Origin: Barthelona sp. PCE
Lineage: Eukaryota
DNA: 64,000 nt
Direction: 5' to 3'
NCBI GenBank assembly: GCA_040285745.1
Contig: JAUFOR010000004.1
Location: forward strand, 930,001 to 994,000
A program made the position numbers and the translations under genes. The notes under the pieces were generated by a model. It was given only the letters and a program-made list of their open reading frames with translations. It was not told the DNA's origin and did no database searches. Each line of letters opens with the position of its first letter. Position 1 is the first letter of the stretch. Positions 1 through 12,000 of this stretch are shown piece by piece.

Positions 1-1
1 C

Positions 2-3000
2 CATATGACACACGAGGAACGTTGACATCGAGCGCATGCGCGATGGAGCAAAGTAAAGCAATACATAGGCGATTACCAGTCCCGCGACGGGAATAATGAT
101 GGGAGTCTTGAGCGTGAGAATGTTGATGGCGTAGAAGCGCAACCCAAAGAACGGAAGCGTGAGCGCGGCTGCGCCAACAGCGGCGATTGTGGCAGTGTCA
201 AACGCAAACGCGAGGACTGCCAACAACAGTGTTGCCAGAATGTGGTGGAACAGCGGTGTCCATTTGGTGCCTGTGCACTCCAGATCGTAACCGATACTCT
301 CGCCATTGGGGCACATGGAGCACATGAATCCGCGTGCAGAGACACACGTTGCGCCATCACACTCTAGAGATGGACAGGTGAGCGCGACAGTCGCCTGCGG
401 TTCCAAAAAGTGGTTCGGCATGGCAGACGAAATGGTGTTGTTTGCACAGCTCACCGTCTCGTGACACTGCACGCACGTGCTCTCGACCAGTCGGTAGTTG
501 TCTGCGCACTGACACTGCAGCGGCGATACCGCAGCGATCGGCGAGATCATTGTTGAGGGACAGGATGCACATGGCACATCTCCCTCCGCTGTTTTGAATT
601 CACCCACCGGGCACGCGGAGCACACATCGTCGCGGCGCGTGTAGCCGGGGCTGCACACACACGCGTCGCCAACGAACATGCTGTGTGCGGGACACTCCAT
701 GTCGCTGATTGTGAGCTCAAACGTGGCTTTGGTCGAGTTAGCCGTTATAGCAACGGTGACATTCGAACCCAGCGGTATATTGAGGATCGGTGTCGTAACG
801 ATTGCGATGCCCATGTGTGCTTCCCACGAGTCTTCGTGCAACAAAACGCCATCGGTGCTCACTGCGACGTCGCCAACATCCGCAACGGGCTGGTCAGTGT
901 AGTCGGTCAGGTGCGCTTCGATCTCGAGTGGTTGCCCGATGCCGCTGCGAACGACGAAAAACTGCGCCGCGTACGGAACTGGCATGAGCTCCAGTTCGGT
1001 GATTGCTGTGAAGCGGCCGCTGGAAACCGTGACGTTGTTTGAGCGTGCTGGCTCTGCAAGTATCAGAGTGCTATCCTCGAAAGAGCACCCCGCATCGCAT
1101 TCCACCGCGACTGCCGAGGAGGCAGCGCCTCCATAGGCATCGGTGCACTCGACGTTGAACGGAACGCTGGTGTTGGGAACGAGCTGCGAGTTGACAGTGA
1201 GAACAGCGCACGACTCGGCCTGACCTGCGAGAATGAGGATGCAGAACTTGGTTGACGCGCCTGAGTACGCGACTGTTACGCACTGCAGGCCGTGTTTTTT
1301 AGGCACACTCAGCAGAAGCTGCTGGTTCGCGACGGGAACGAACGAGCCGTCCACGAGCACGCCCTGATCAACAGCGAGCTGGCGCCCGAGGATGTTCAGC
1401 GGCGCAACCGCGAGCGGCACAGAAGATGCGTCTATGGAAGCAGACATCGGGCCGACAACCCTGAGATCAACGACCTGGTCGACGTAGTGCCCGAAGAGCT
1501 CCACTTCGGTGACGGCACTGCACCCAACGAGCTCGATGTCGAACGAAGACGCGCGTACATGGTCGAAGAACATGATACACAACTCGTGATACATAATACC
1601 GCTCGAGAACTGCTCACAAACAATGTCTGCCGGCTCGAACACCCATGTTTCGTTTGCAGTTCGCGCAACCATCGAGACATCGCACGGCTCGTACAGCACA
1701 ACACTGATTGCAGTAACGAACGCCTCACGGTCGATGTCGACCACTTCACGGCGGAGCTCGGACCAGCCCACATCGCAGCGCTGACCATCAGTGAGACGGG
1801 CGTCGTCGAGAGCGACGTTGAGCGCCACTACATGCGGGATGTTCATTACGAGCTCGAAGAGTCTGCTCGTCTCGGGTATGTTCGCGGTGTCGCAAAGCTC
1901 AGAGCGTGGCAACTCCACCTGCAGTTCCAGACCGTTGCTGAACAGGCGCCCGCCCGTTGTGCTCAGGTCCATCGTGTACATTCCTGGGTCGATGAACGGG
2001 CACTCGAACTCGAGCCCCGCACGCAGCTGGCAATACACAGTCGTGGTCTTGTAACGAGCACGCAGCACATAGCCCTCGAACTCGGTCAGGTGGATGCCGG
2101 TCAGCTTGATGACTTTGTCCTCCAGCATCGACAGCTTCTTAGGCAGAATCGCGCCCAGTAAAGGCTTGATTACCGTTACCGGCGACAGAGAATACGAGCT
2201 TGCGGGCGTTGCGACGCGCATCGACGTGTTGCCATACAGGGCGCCTCCAAGGAGGAGTGCGAGGTCGGACGGTGCGAACGTGATGTTCTCCATTGCGAAG
2301 GAAACCGAGCTGTGTATTGGATTCTTGGGCTCCAGCTTCGCTTGGTGATCAACGCCGTACGGCCACAGGATCTGCGAGAACTCCGGACGCGCGACACGCG
2401 TGAGCGGGATGTCTATGCCGATTGGATCAAGGGCGAGAGATTCAGTCACGCATTCAACGAAACACCAGCAGTCACCGCACGCCTCAGAGGCACACACGCC
2501 CAGGGAGAGCGGGGGAAGTCCGATGCCGCACAGAGTGGCTGAGAACGGCGCATCGTCAAAAGCGTGGATTTCAGAAGCGTCCAGTGTGAACACGCGTGCC
2601 TCGCCGACATATAGCTGCACGTCATCGCAGAACGCGTGCATGCTGCTCCATCCCGTCTTAAGAACGTGCACGTCGGATTCGAGTGTTGCACCGTTGAACG
2701 ATCCCAGGAACACAATGCCCTGCACCTGAACGACCAGGCTGCGGCACATGTGCAGGCCAGTTGCTGCTACAGAGACCCTATAGGGTGCACCGTATGGCAT
2801 GTAGAAAGTTTGGGAATCAACACTGACCGCATCAAATACGATTGATGGCTCAACCGAGAAGTCGCCAACGGTGACAACAATGCCGCTTCCTGACTGCGAA
2901 AACGCATGCGCGAACGCGACGCCTTCGTCAGTGGTGTTGGTGATCATTGCGTGGCCGTCGTAGTTTACCCCGATCGCGCTGGTGTGCACGTGCGATAGCT

Positions 3001-6000
3001 TGACGGAAACCAGGTGCTCCTGCCCAATAGGGATTATGAAGCGCTGGTTGGGGACATCGAACGCGTAAACTCGGCCGCTCAGTGCGATCCACTCGGAATG
3101 GCCTGCTATCTGAACGGAGCCAGTATACTCTGCGGAGACGAGACCGGGAACAACACAGGTCAGCAGGTAGCCATCGAGAGCGCAAGTGTGCACGCTGATG
3201 TGCATATCTGACGATAACCTGATTCGGGGTTCCGGAATCATGCCTGTCGATGACATATCGACGCGTAGCGTGACGCTACTGGCAAATCGCGCACACGGCA
3301 CGTTGTTTGGTTCCACACTGGGGAAGACAGAGTACTGTGCTGGGATGCTGTATGATGTCTGACCGCCGACTGACACATCAAAGCGGATGTCGGCCGTTTC
3401 CAGCAACGCTGGGTTGCTGCACAGGTCATCGGGCCCAGGAGGCAGGATTGCCAGAGCGCTTCGGTGGCCAAGCACGAAAACGGGGATGGACGGCGTCCAG
3501 TCGTTGTATGTGAAGCGCGCGGTGGCCTCCGTGCCCGCCGGCCCGAAGTTTGCTCCGATAAGCGGGACTCGCAGACTCGTGTAGCACGCGCCGATGACTG
3601 GCGGGTACAGGACTGGTGGAAGATAGCTGAGTTTATGCTGATGACTGAACATAATCTGAGTCTCAGCAACAAATATACTGTAAAGAATATCATTACCAAC
3701 ACCAGGCATAACCAAGAGCTCCAATCTTTCTTGTTGAACAAATTGAAGTGTTACATAACCGTAAACCTCTGATGTAGCCTTTGGGAAGAGCGAGTCACCT
3801 AAATACTGACCTGTAATAATAACAATTCCACCATCAGTTGGCAATAGTGTCGGTGAAACTGACGTGACGATCGGGGTTGGTGGTGAGATTGTTACAGGGG
3901 TGTCAAAGACTTCAACAGTAACTTTACCTACGATGTTATTCACTGTGAATGTAAGCTGTTCCCCCTGATCTGTCAGACCTCCAATCATTCGATGGTTGGT
4001 ATGCGAGTACTCAAATGATACACTGCAAGCCAAACTGTAGTATGCACTAAGCGCAAAAGAAACTGACTGAGGTAATGCGATCAAAGTTATACTTTGATGA
4101 GATGTAATGGTGGGAAATGGCAGTAAGAAGGATCCTGCATCGTAGGTATAAATGTTGTGATGTATGACAATATTGATAGTATCCTCAGGACAAAATAGTT
4201 GCGCTAATCCCACTGCAACTATATGTGTATCGTTCCAAAGCACAGTTATGTTATCACAAAGGTACGTATTACCATTGATACTTAAAGAAAATACACTTTC
4301 TGAAAACAAGGCAGGATCTAAGAAATCTGATCCCCTCACCACAATATTAGCTTCGTTCACCCAAATCAAATCGATTTTGGGCGGTACTCTGTCGATGCAA
4401 CAGAAAGAACCTTGTTCAATACCGAAATCAGTAACATGGAGTGAATGGTTGCGACCAAGAAATGGAGGCAGTACAAAGCTTAGCTCACTAATTGACGTCG
4501 AAGCGGATGGTATATCTTGTCCGAAGAACCGAGCACCATAATCAGAGCACTCATTTCCGTGAATCCATTCGTCGGCTGTGATGGTAATATGGTCACCTCC
4601 TCTTACGACTAATTGTTCATGATACATGTACGGAACAGCTACCACTGGTTTATATAGCTCTAAAATGTCTCTTGAATCCTTTTCTACCGCAGAAAACACG
4701 GGGGAGTGTATGTACTGCTGCATATCAATAGTAAACTCAAAAATTTTTGATTGTCCATCAGGAATAAAGCTAATAGGTATTTCGCGTGTTGATTTGCAGG
4801 TATCGGATACGTGGAAATCATAATTATCACTGAAAAGCTGTTGATCTTCTGTAAAATTGCAGCGAATTGTATGGAAGCCAGACCGCGGAATAATTCGTGG
4901 CAAGCATGTATCAATTGCCATCATTGCCATCAGCTTAGGGCGCAGATAACTATAACCATTGGTGTTAGAGTATGGGAAAGATATTCCTCTGACATCCTCC
5001 ATCTGCGATGTGTAAACAACAAATCCTTCGCTGTTTGATGTTTCATTACCCCGAACAAGGATCCATGGTGATCCATTGAGCGATTGAGATTCTTTACCTG
5101 ACAGAACGAACGAATTGGTTGTGGCGGTTTCAGACACCGATCTCATATCCAGTAATGCTCGATGAATTGCTCCTGGAACAAAAACGTTGGGCGAGTTAAA
5201 CACTTCAACATTGCTGTGTGCATTGCTAATGAAAAGCGAAGCTCCTCTCTCAACATATGCAGTTACATTAAAGTCTTCTGTCACTGAAACGTTTGCAGAA
5301 CCAGAAATTGTTAAAGATGAAGCTGCACCGAGGGTAAACGATGCATCTCCAGCTACAAACACTTCTCCCTCAACCGTACTGCTATCCATGGAGAGATCAG
5401 ATGCAAACTCAATAACTCCGCTCAAATGAGACTTCTTGTCAGGCGTGCTTGCTATTCTGAATGTACCTTCCGCCGTACCGTCGGTGTTATATAAAGTGGC
5501 ATTGAATGAATCCCCACCTAAAGTTGAGTCTCGAACTATTGCACGCACTGTGGAGTTGTTAGCATCAACTACTGCATCATTAATAAGACCTTCAATGGAG
5601 GAATCGATAAAAGAAAGCTGTCCATAGAACTCACCCGATGCAACGCTGGACTCAAACGAGCAGTGCTCGAAGCGCCCCTTTAGTTCATGACTGTTTATCA
5701 ACAAACTCGTTGAAAAAACGCACCGCTTCGAAGGATACTGGGACAAATCGTATACTAACGAGTTTGATAAGACGCACTCATCACAGCGTGTGAATATTGA
5801 GTTATCAAAGTACTGGACATCAATTCCGGACATGCGATGAGATAAAACGGTCTGTGTGGATTGTATTAAACATGTTTGAATAGTTGTGGTATTGATTGCA
5901 AGATAAACTCGTAAGAGTGGGGCGTTGACTATTAATGAAATGGATTTCATTTGAGCTACGATTTGAAGATTATCTTCAGATCCATCGTGCACAAGTACTA

Positions 6001-9000
6001 GGGTATCAATAAAGAAGTTCACATCCTCGAAAGTTATATTAGTGAATGATAAAGAATACTCAACGAAATCACTTTGTCTCATAAAACTACCAGCAAACGC
6101 AAAAGGCATGATGTTATCGCATCCGCTTAGTTCTGATCTAATGGGAAGACTGAGTGAAGCTCCGTGCATTAGAGTAATAATATCTTTCATTGTATGTACA
6201 CCACTTAGTATTGTACCATCAAACGCAATTATGTGCATCTTAACGGGTATATAAGCTACCTTATATCTTATATTGCGAGTGAAAAGCATCTTGCCCGGTT
6301 TCACAATTTCATCATATGACGTGTCATTGTATCCAGATGCCATAATGCTCTTGAGTTCATGTGAGCGATAACCAACATAATCCAGGTTTGCAAAAAGCCA
6401 GTTGTTGTGCTTTTCGACCCAAACAATATTACACAGCTCTGACTTTTTAACATATTTAGCTGTTAGCGATCCCATATATGAGTCAGCACGCAGAAAATAC
6501 TCAAATGTAAAGTCAATATCTTGATTCCAAATAATGGAGTTGAATGTGCTGTCTACATTTGTTATAGTTGAAGTGCTGGATACATAAAGTTTGAAAACTA
6601 GAGGATCAATCGGGAGAGCGACTGATCCAGTCACACTGAAGTATGCGTAGTTCTTCCACGATTGGAGTTGTGGGTTGGTGCTTCTGTCTCTGAGGATTAT
6701 AGACGCGGCATGCTCAAATAGGAGAGAGAACAACGATTGATCGAATAGCTTGGCAAATGCTGTATCTTTTCCAATAATACGCACACCATACTCCACATGA
6801 AATGAAAAGTATGGAAGCTGATTGTTTTGTGAGAACTGCAATATACTTCCTTTCTCCATGTACATACCAATTGAACCATCGCTTTGTGTTTCCATCAATA
6901 AATCGACCATTCCAGTCCCAGCAACGAAGAATTCAATGGTGCGATAGGCTGAACTGAACCCCCTTATTGTCAGTGTGCCATTGACAAGAACTTTGGTATT
7001 CTTAAAGTATGTAAGTGCTGTTACTCCATCTATTCCACCCCAGTCCGGATACACAACAATGCAGTTATGCACAATGCTCACCTCCTTTATCATATCATGA
7101 CCAGTTATGTAACCAAAACCATTTCTAAAATTGAAGTAGTGGTTGGATTTCATGCTGATATCGATTGATTGGATCAGGAAATAGTTTGCGAAAAGGTCTA
7201 TTGATATAGAATTTGTTCCTGTGGATACAGCACTGGGGGTAAATCTGTTTGAGTAGATACCATAATTTCCATATATGAACTGAAATTCAGGCATAACATC
7301 GTCACTTTGATTAAATATAAACATTTTGAGTATTCGTCTCCCGATGGGTCGATTGGTAAACTTTAAAGGCGTGGAGATTCGACTAACTTGAATAAAAAAA
7401 TTCGAGCTATATATATCTGTAAATATAAACGTGATCATATCAGAGCCAGTTATTGCAGAATTGAAACCACCAATATACATTGATGATGGTAAAGAAAGTT
7501 CAACCGCAGCTGAAAAATGAACATCACTCATTATATATGCCACAGTTGATATTGTTGAGCTATATGTAACGGGACCTAATGAAAAAACTTGTGTGTTTGA
7601 AGCACTCACAGTCACACTACCACTTGACAACACAAATGTATATCGATTGTCAGCGCAAATATATTCACCAAAAACAAAGCGATACCTAATGTTTGCATCT
7701 ATATTGTAGTACACATCATCTTCATTATCAATATACTTCTGTTTATCATTAGAAATTTCGATGGATCCATTGAGTCTCATTGGAATAAGTGCTGATTTCT
7801 CAGTAATCATAAAGTATGGCATTTCGCTAGTATTACTCACAATAATGTTAATGTAAATGAAAGCATCAGATGTAGTTCTGGTGGAAAACACTATACGATT
7901 TGCTCCTTTAAATATAACAGTTGAAGAAAGCTCAACTAATACACCTTGAGTGGTAATAATTGCCGCCTCTACACTTTGACTGTTGTTAATCACAAGTGCT
8001 CCTTCTCGGAATATGCCAACGCTATAAATAGGACCGCTTCTTTCAATAAATATAATTGATTCAGTAAGTGACACGTCAGCAAAACTGTACATTTCGAAAA
8101 CCGAAATGTTTGAATACCACATGTTTAACGTCTCAATCTCACATAAACTGTTCATTTCGACGTCACAACCACCATATATGGATAGGAAATCAGATTTGAA
8201 TGGCGCATCAATAAGCAGAGAATTGCTGCAGGTTATAGAATTTATGCTTAGTGGGGAATACGACTGAATAGTTCCACACCAGAAAATATCTTTAATGATC
8301 GTTTCACGCACTCTAAACGTGAAAATAGTATCGTCTCCAATGATTGATTCAATGGTGAGGAGTTCAATATAAGTGAAAACGACATTAGCTACATCTGAAA
8401 CGCCTAGCGTCCCCACTGAAAGAGTCACTCTTTCTGGGTTATGGGCAACCATATCTGGTGCGGTTTTAATTGTGAGATTGTTAATTATTATATTACCCTC
8501 ACCAAGAAGCCATAACTTAGCATTGTCAACCAGAGTTATGTGGCCAACAGATCCAATCACCTTGATGTTGCTAGTTATGATATCAGCATTAATGGCGCTA
8601 TCAACAATAACCCACTGGAAACAACTGAGATCTGTGGTTAGATTCACATCACCTGTCACTCTTACTGTGGTGAACATCCCACACAGAGGAATTATGTTGT
8701 TACTTTGAGAGAAAGCACCTGAAATACCAAGAGTTGAATTATAAAGAGGCACTGTGACCACATCAATAACCTTAATGTTACCTGCGACATTCAAGCGCCC
8801 AAATATTGTGGCGTTTGAGAAGATCACGTTGTTGGTTGATACAGAAGACATAGCTTCAACAAAGAGCGTGTTGAAATGTTCAAGTTCAACGCACACGATG
8901 TGGGCAACAGATACACGGAGGGCATCAAAAACTGACAGTTGAGCAACTGACAAGGTGCCGTTTACGACACCTGACTCTTGAGTTCCTGATTGGACAGTCC

Positions 9001-12000
9001 AAGTGCCACTTGATGACAATGAAAATCCGTTAAGGTACAAACGACATCCGTGACATTGTACGTTTCCTTTCAGTGAAACGTCTCCATCCAGAAAGACAAA
9101 TGTGTTGTTAAATACAACGTTTCCTTCAATTTCACCCCACAAACGGACACTCGATTTAGTTTGAAACTCAGCATCCGAAAATGAAGCTCGATACAAAAGT
9201 ATATGAGTGTCCTCGAAGACAAAACTACGGGAAATATCCCGATACATACGTAAAAACACCCTTTTTGTTCCATCTTTAAGAGTTTCGATGTAATAATGCT
9301 TGTTATAAACATTAATTGCATCTGGTTCAAATTTATACTGCGCATCGTTGACATCAGAACCAAAAACTGAAATTGTCTGCTGCTGTTTGCTGCCAAAGTG
9401 AGAAACGGCATTGGAATCAGGAGCTTTGTCAATTGCAGATACGCCAGAATCAGGTTGTATATCCACATATGACATATACTTGACGTTAACCTCATCACAG
9501 TCGATTGTTGTTCTGTTAGAGTAGTTAATGACATCTGCTGATACAGTACAGTTCTTTAATGCACTATTTGGCCACAGAAGGCCGTCATTGAATGTGATAT
9601 TTCCGCTCACAATTGAGCCGGTTAACAGCATTACTTTGTTAAACGATGCGTCAACGTGTAGTTGTTGATACACAAACGTAGCGTGGAATTCCCCCATCAT
9701 TTCGGAATCACCGCTAACATTAAAAACCGTGTTAATTGACGAACTTTTGACTACTAGACTAGATGCATGGAAAACGACAGTATCAGGGGTTTCCGATTTC
9801 ACTGTTGCGTTGGAAAATGTAGTATACTGCGGTAAAATAACGTTACATAACTCTAACAGACCACAGTCCAAATTAAAACTTACGTCTTGAAGAGAAAATT
9901 CAATGAAAAACTCGGGGATAAGAATAGTATAATTGACATGTGAAGGAAGTGCTGGCATCGGCGAACCAACTCCAAGAAACCCGCTTATATCCACGATACT
10001 ATCAATACTCGCTGAATATATTGTAGAGTTACCACTGGAAGTAAAGGCGGAAACGGTGACATTGGGTGCCTGCAAAAAACCGTTGGATAAAGTAATCACA
10101 GCATTAGTGGCATCGCCTTCAATGTACATATCGCAGTCTACAACACTAACATCCAAAGAGAATTGGTCTAAAACTCCGGATGAGTCAATGTCAAGGAAAT
10201 TGTTGTTCAACTGTGGATTGCAAATGACAGACACTGTTTCGTTCAAAGTAAGATGGACTGTTCCCGACACCGTTACGGATGTGTAAGAGATGATTTCTGT
10301 TAAAGACGAATATGTTCCGAAGTTAATGTGAATCGACTCCTGCGCCGACAATCTGTATTCTGTCTCCCGATGTGAATACAAATCCCACAAACCACCCTTT
10401 AAGCTCAGGTTGACACTGGATGTATTAAAAACAACCGTCATTTCCCAGTTGTCGTAGGATTTAAATTGTGATAGTGTAGTGGAGAGCATTACCAATTTAG
10501 GCTTGTTTAACGGAAAAAACCGAGTTGTCACGAGTGAAAAGTCCTTTTTCGTTTCATAAGTACCCTCTATAATATGTTTAAAAGCATTACAATCACCAGG
10601 TTCAGCAACATTCATATGTCCATTAGGAGTCACCCAATAGAAATAGCGATCTGAGTTGCATGAATCAGCGGCGATAGTAATATCCTGCCCTACAAAGAGA
10701 ATATATAATTGGCTAATCAAGTGTTGGTCAAACGATGCACGTCCTTTAGATGAATAGACTTGCAAAACACCAGTTGGCGCCGTCACTTGACTAATCTTAT
10801 CGTATTCTACATACAATTTGGCTCCATGACTCCACACAGCTTCGACCAATGTATTTCCTGTCACGTTGATCCAACTGTCACCCAGGAATTCAACAGCTTC
10901 CAAAGACGGAGCTTTCACATGCAAATTGAAAATGAGACCTCCGTCAACTTCAGTCTTCATCTGCACAAGATAATCTGAATATATATAAATGCTGGGGATG
11001 GGCACAGAATACAAAACAATGAACTTCTCCGCACATACATTGATTATGTTGCGCAAGGGATCCTTGTCCTTAATTGTATGAGACATTTGAGCAGCTGGAG
11101 ATTTCACAATAAGGGTGTGGAATCCTACTAATTCTGCGTCTAACAAGTACGTTCCGCTATTTATCACAACGGAAAAAGGAGAGAAATACACATTTCCAGA
11201 TTCAAATTGTGAAACTGTTTCAAATACTCCATACACTGATAACATGTGGTTAATTGAAGCTTCCTCTCCATCAATGAGGAAATGTCCATATACAATAATT
11301 TCGCAGGAAGATGCATGTGTGGAACGAACATATCCGTTATCACGTACAATGATTCTCGCGTTGCTGAATAGACACCTATCACAAACACCTTCTATCACGA
11401 TGGCAGACCTGGGTGTGTTGGCTGATATGTCAAAAGACACAGAATTGACAGTTGCTGTATCTAAAATTGTAAATCCATTAATCAACATAAGACTGTTATT
11501 CATTTCTTCATCAATGGAAAACTCTGAAATCCGAATATCAGAGCCTAAAGAAGCAATTAACTGTGTTCTTTCATTCACTTCAGGAAAAACACAAATCACA
11601 ATCTCACAACTTCCAAAAACTTGCAACACAAGATTTCTGCTTTCAATATTTAAAACTGAAAATGGGGAGAGGTCTACACGAAACGACTGCGTTAGGTAGG
11701 AGGAACCTGCTGGGATTGGAACTGTGCGCAGCGTAATAAGGCCTGTTTCTTCAACAGGGTCAGTAAAAAAAGTAATTATGGAACTTTCTTGAGCATAGAC
11801 CTCCAAGTCACACATTTCATATTGGCATCGCATCCCACCAGTCACTATCAAAAACTGTGGCTGAATTCTTGTAAGTTTTATGAGATCTATAAAACCACCA
11901 AAGATTCCTGAAAATAAACTCCACAGCCCACTACCACTATCTGAGAATATAACAGAACCAAAGCCAAAAACATTGGTTTCTTGAGAATCTGAACCATCGA

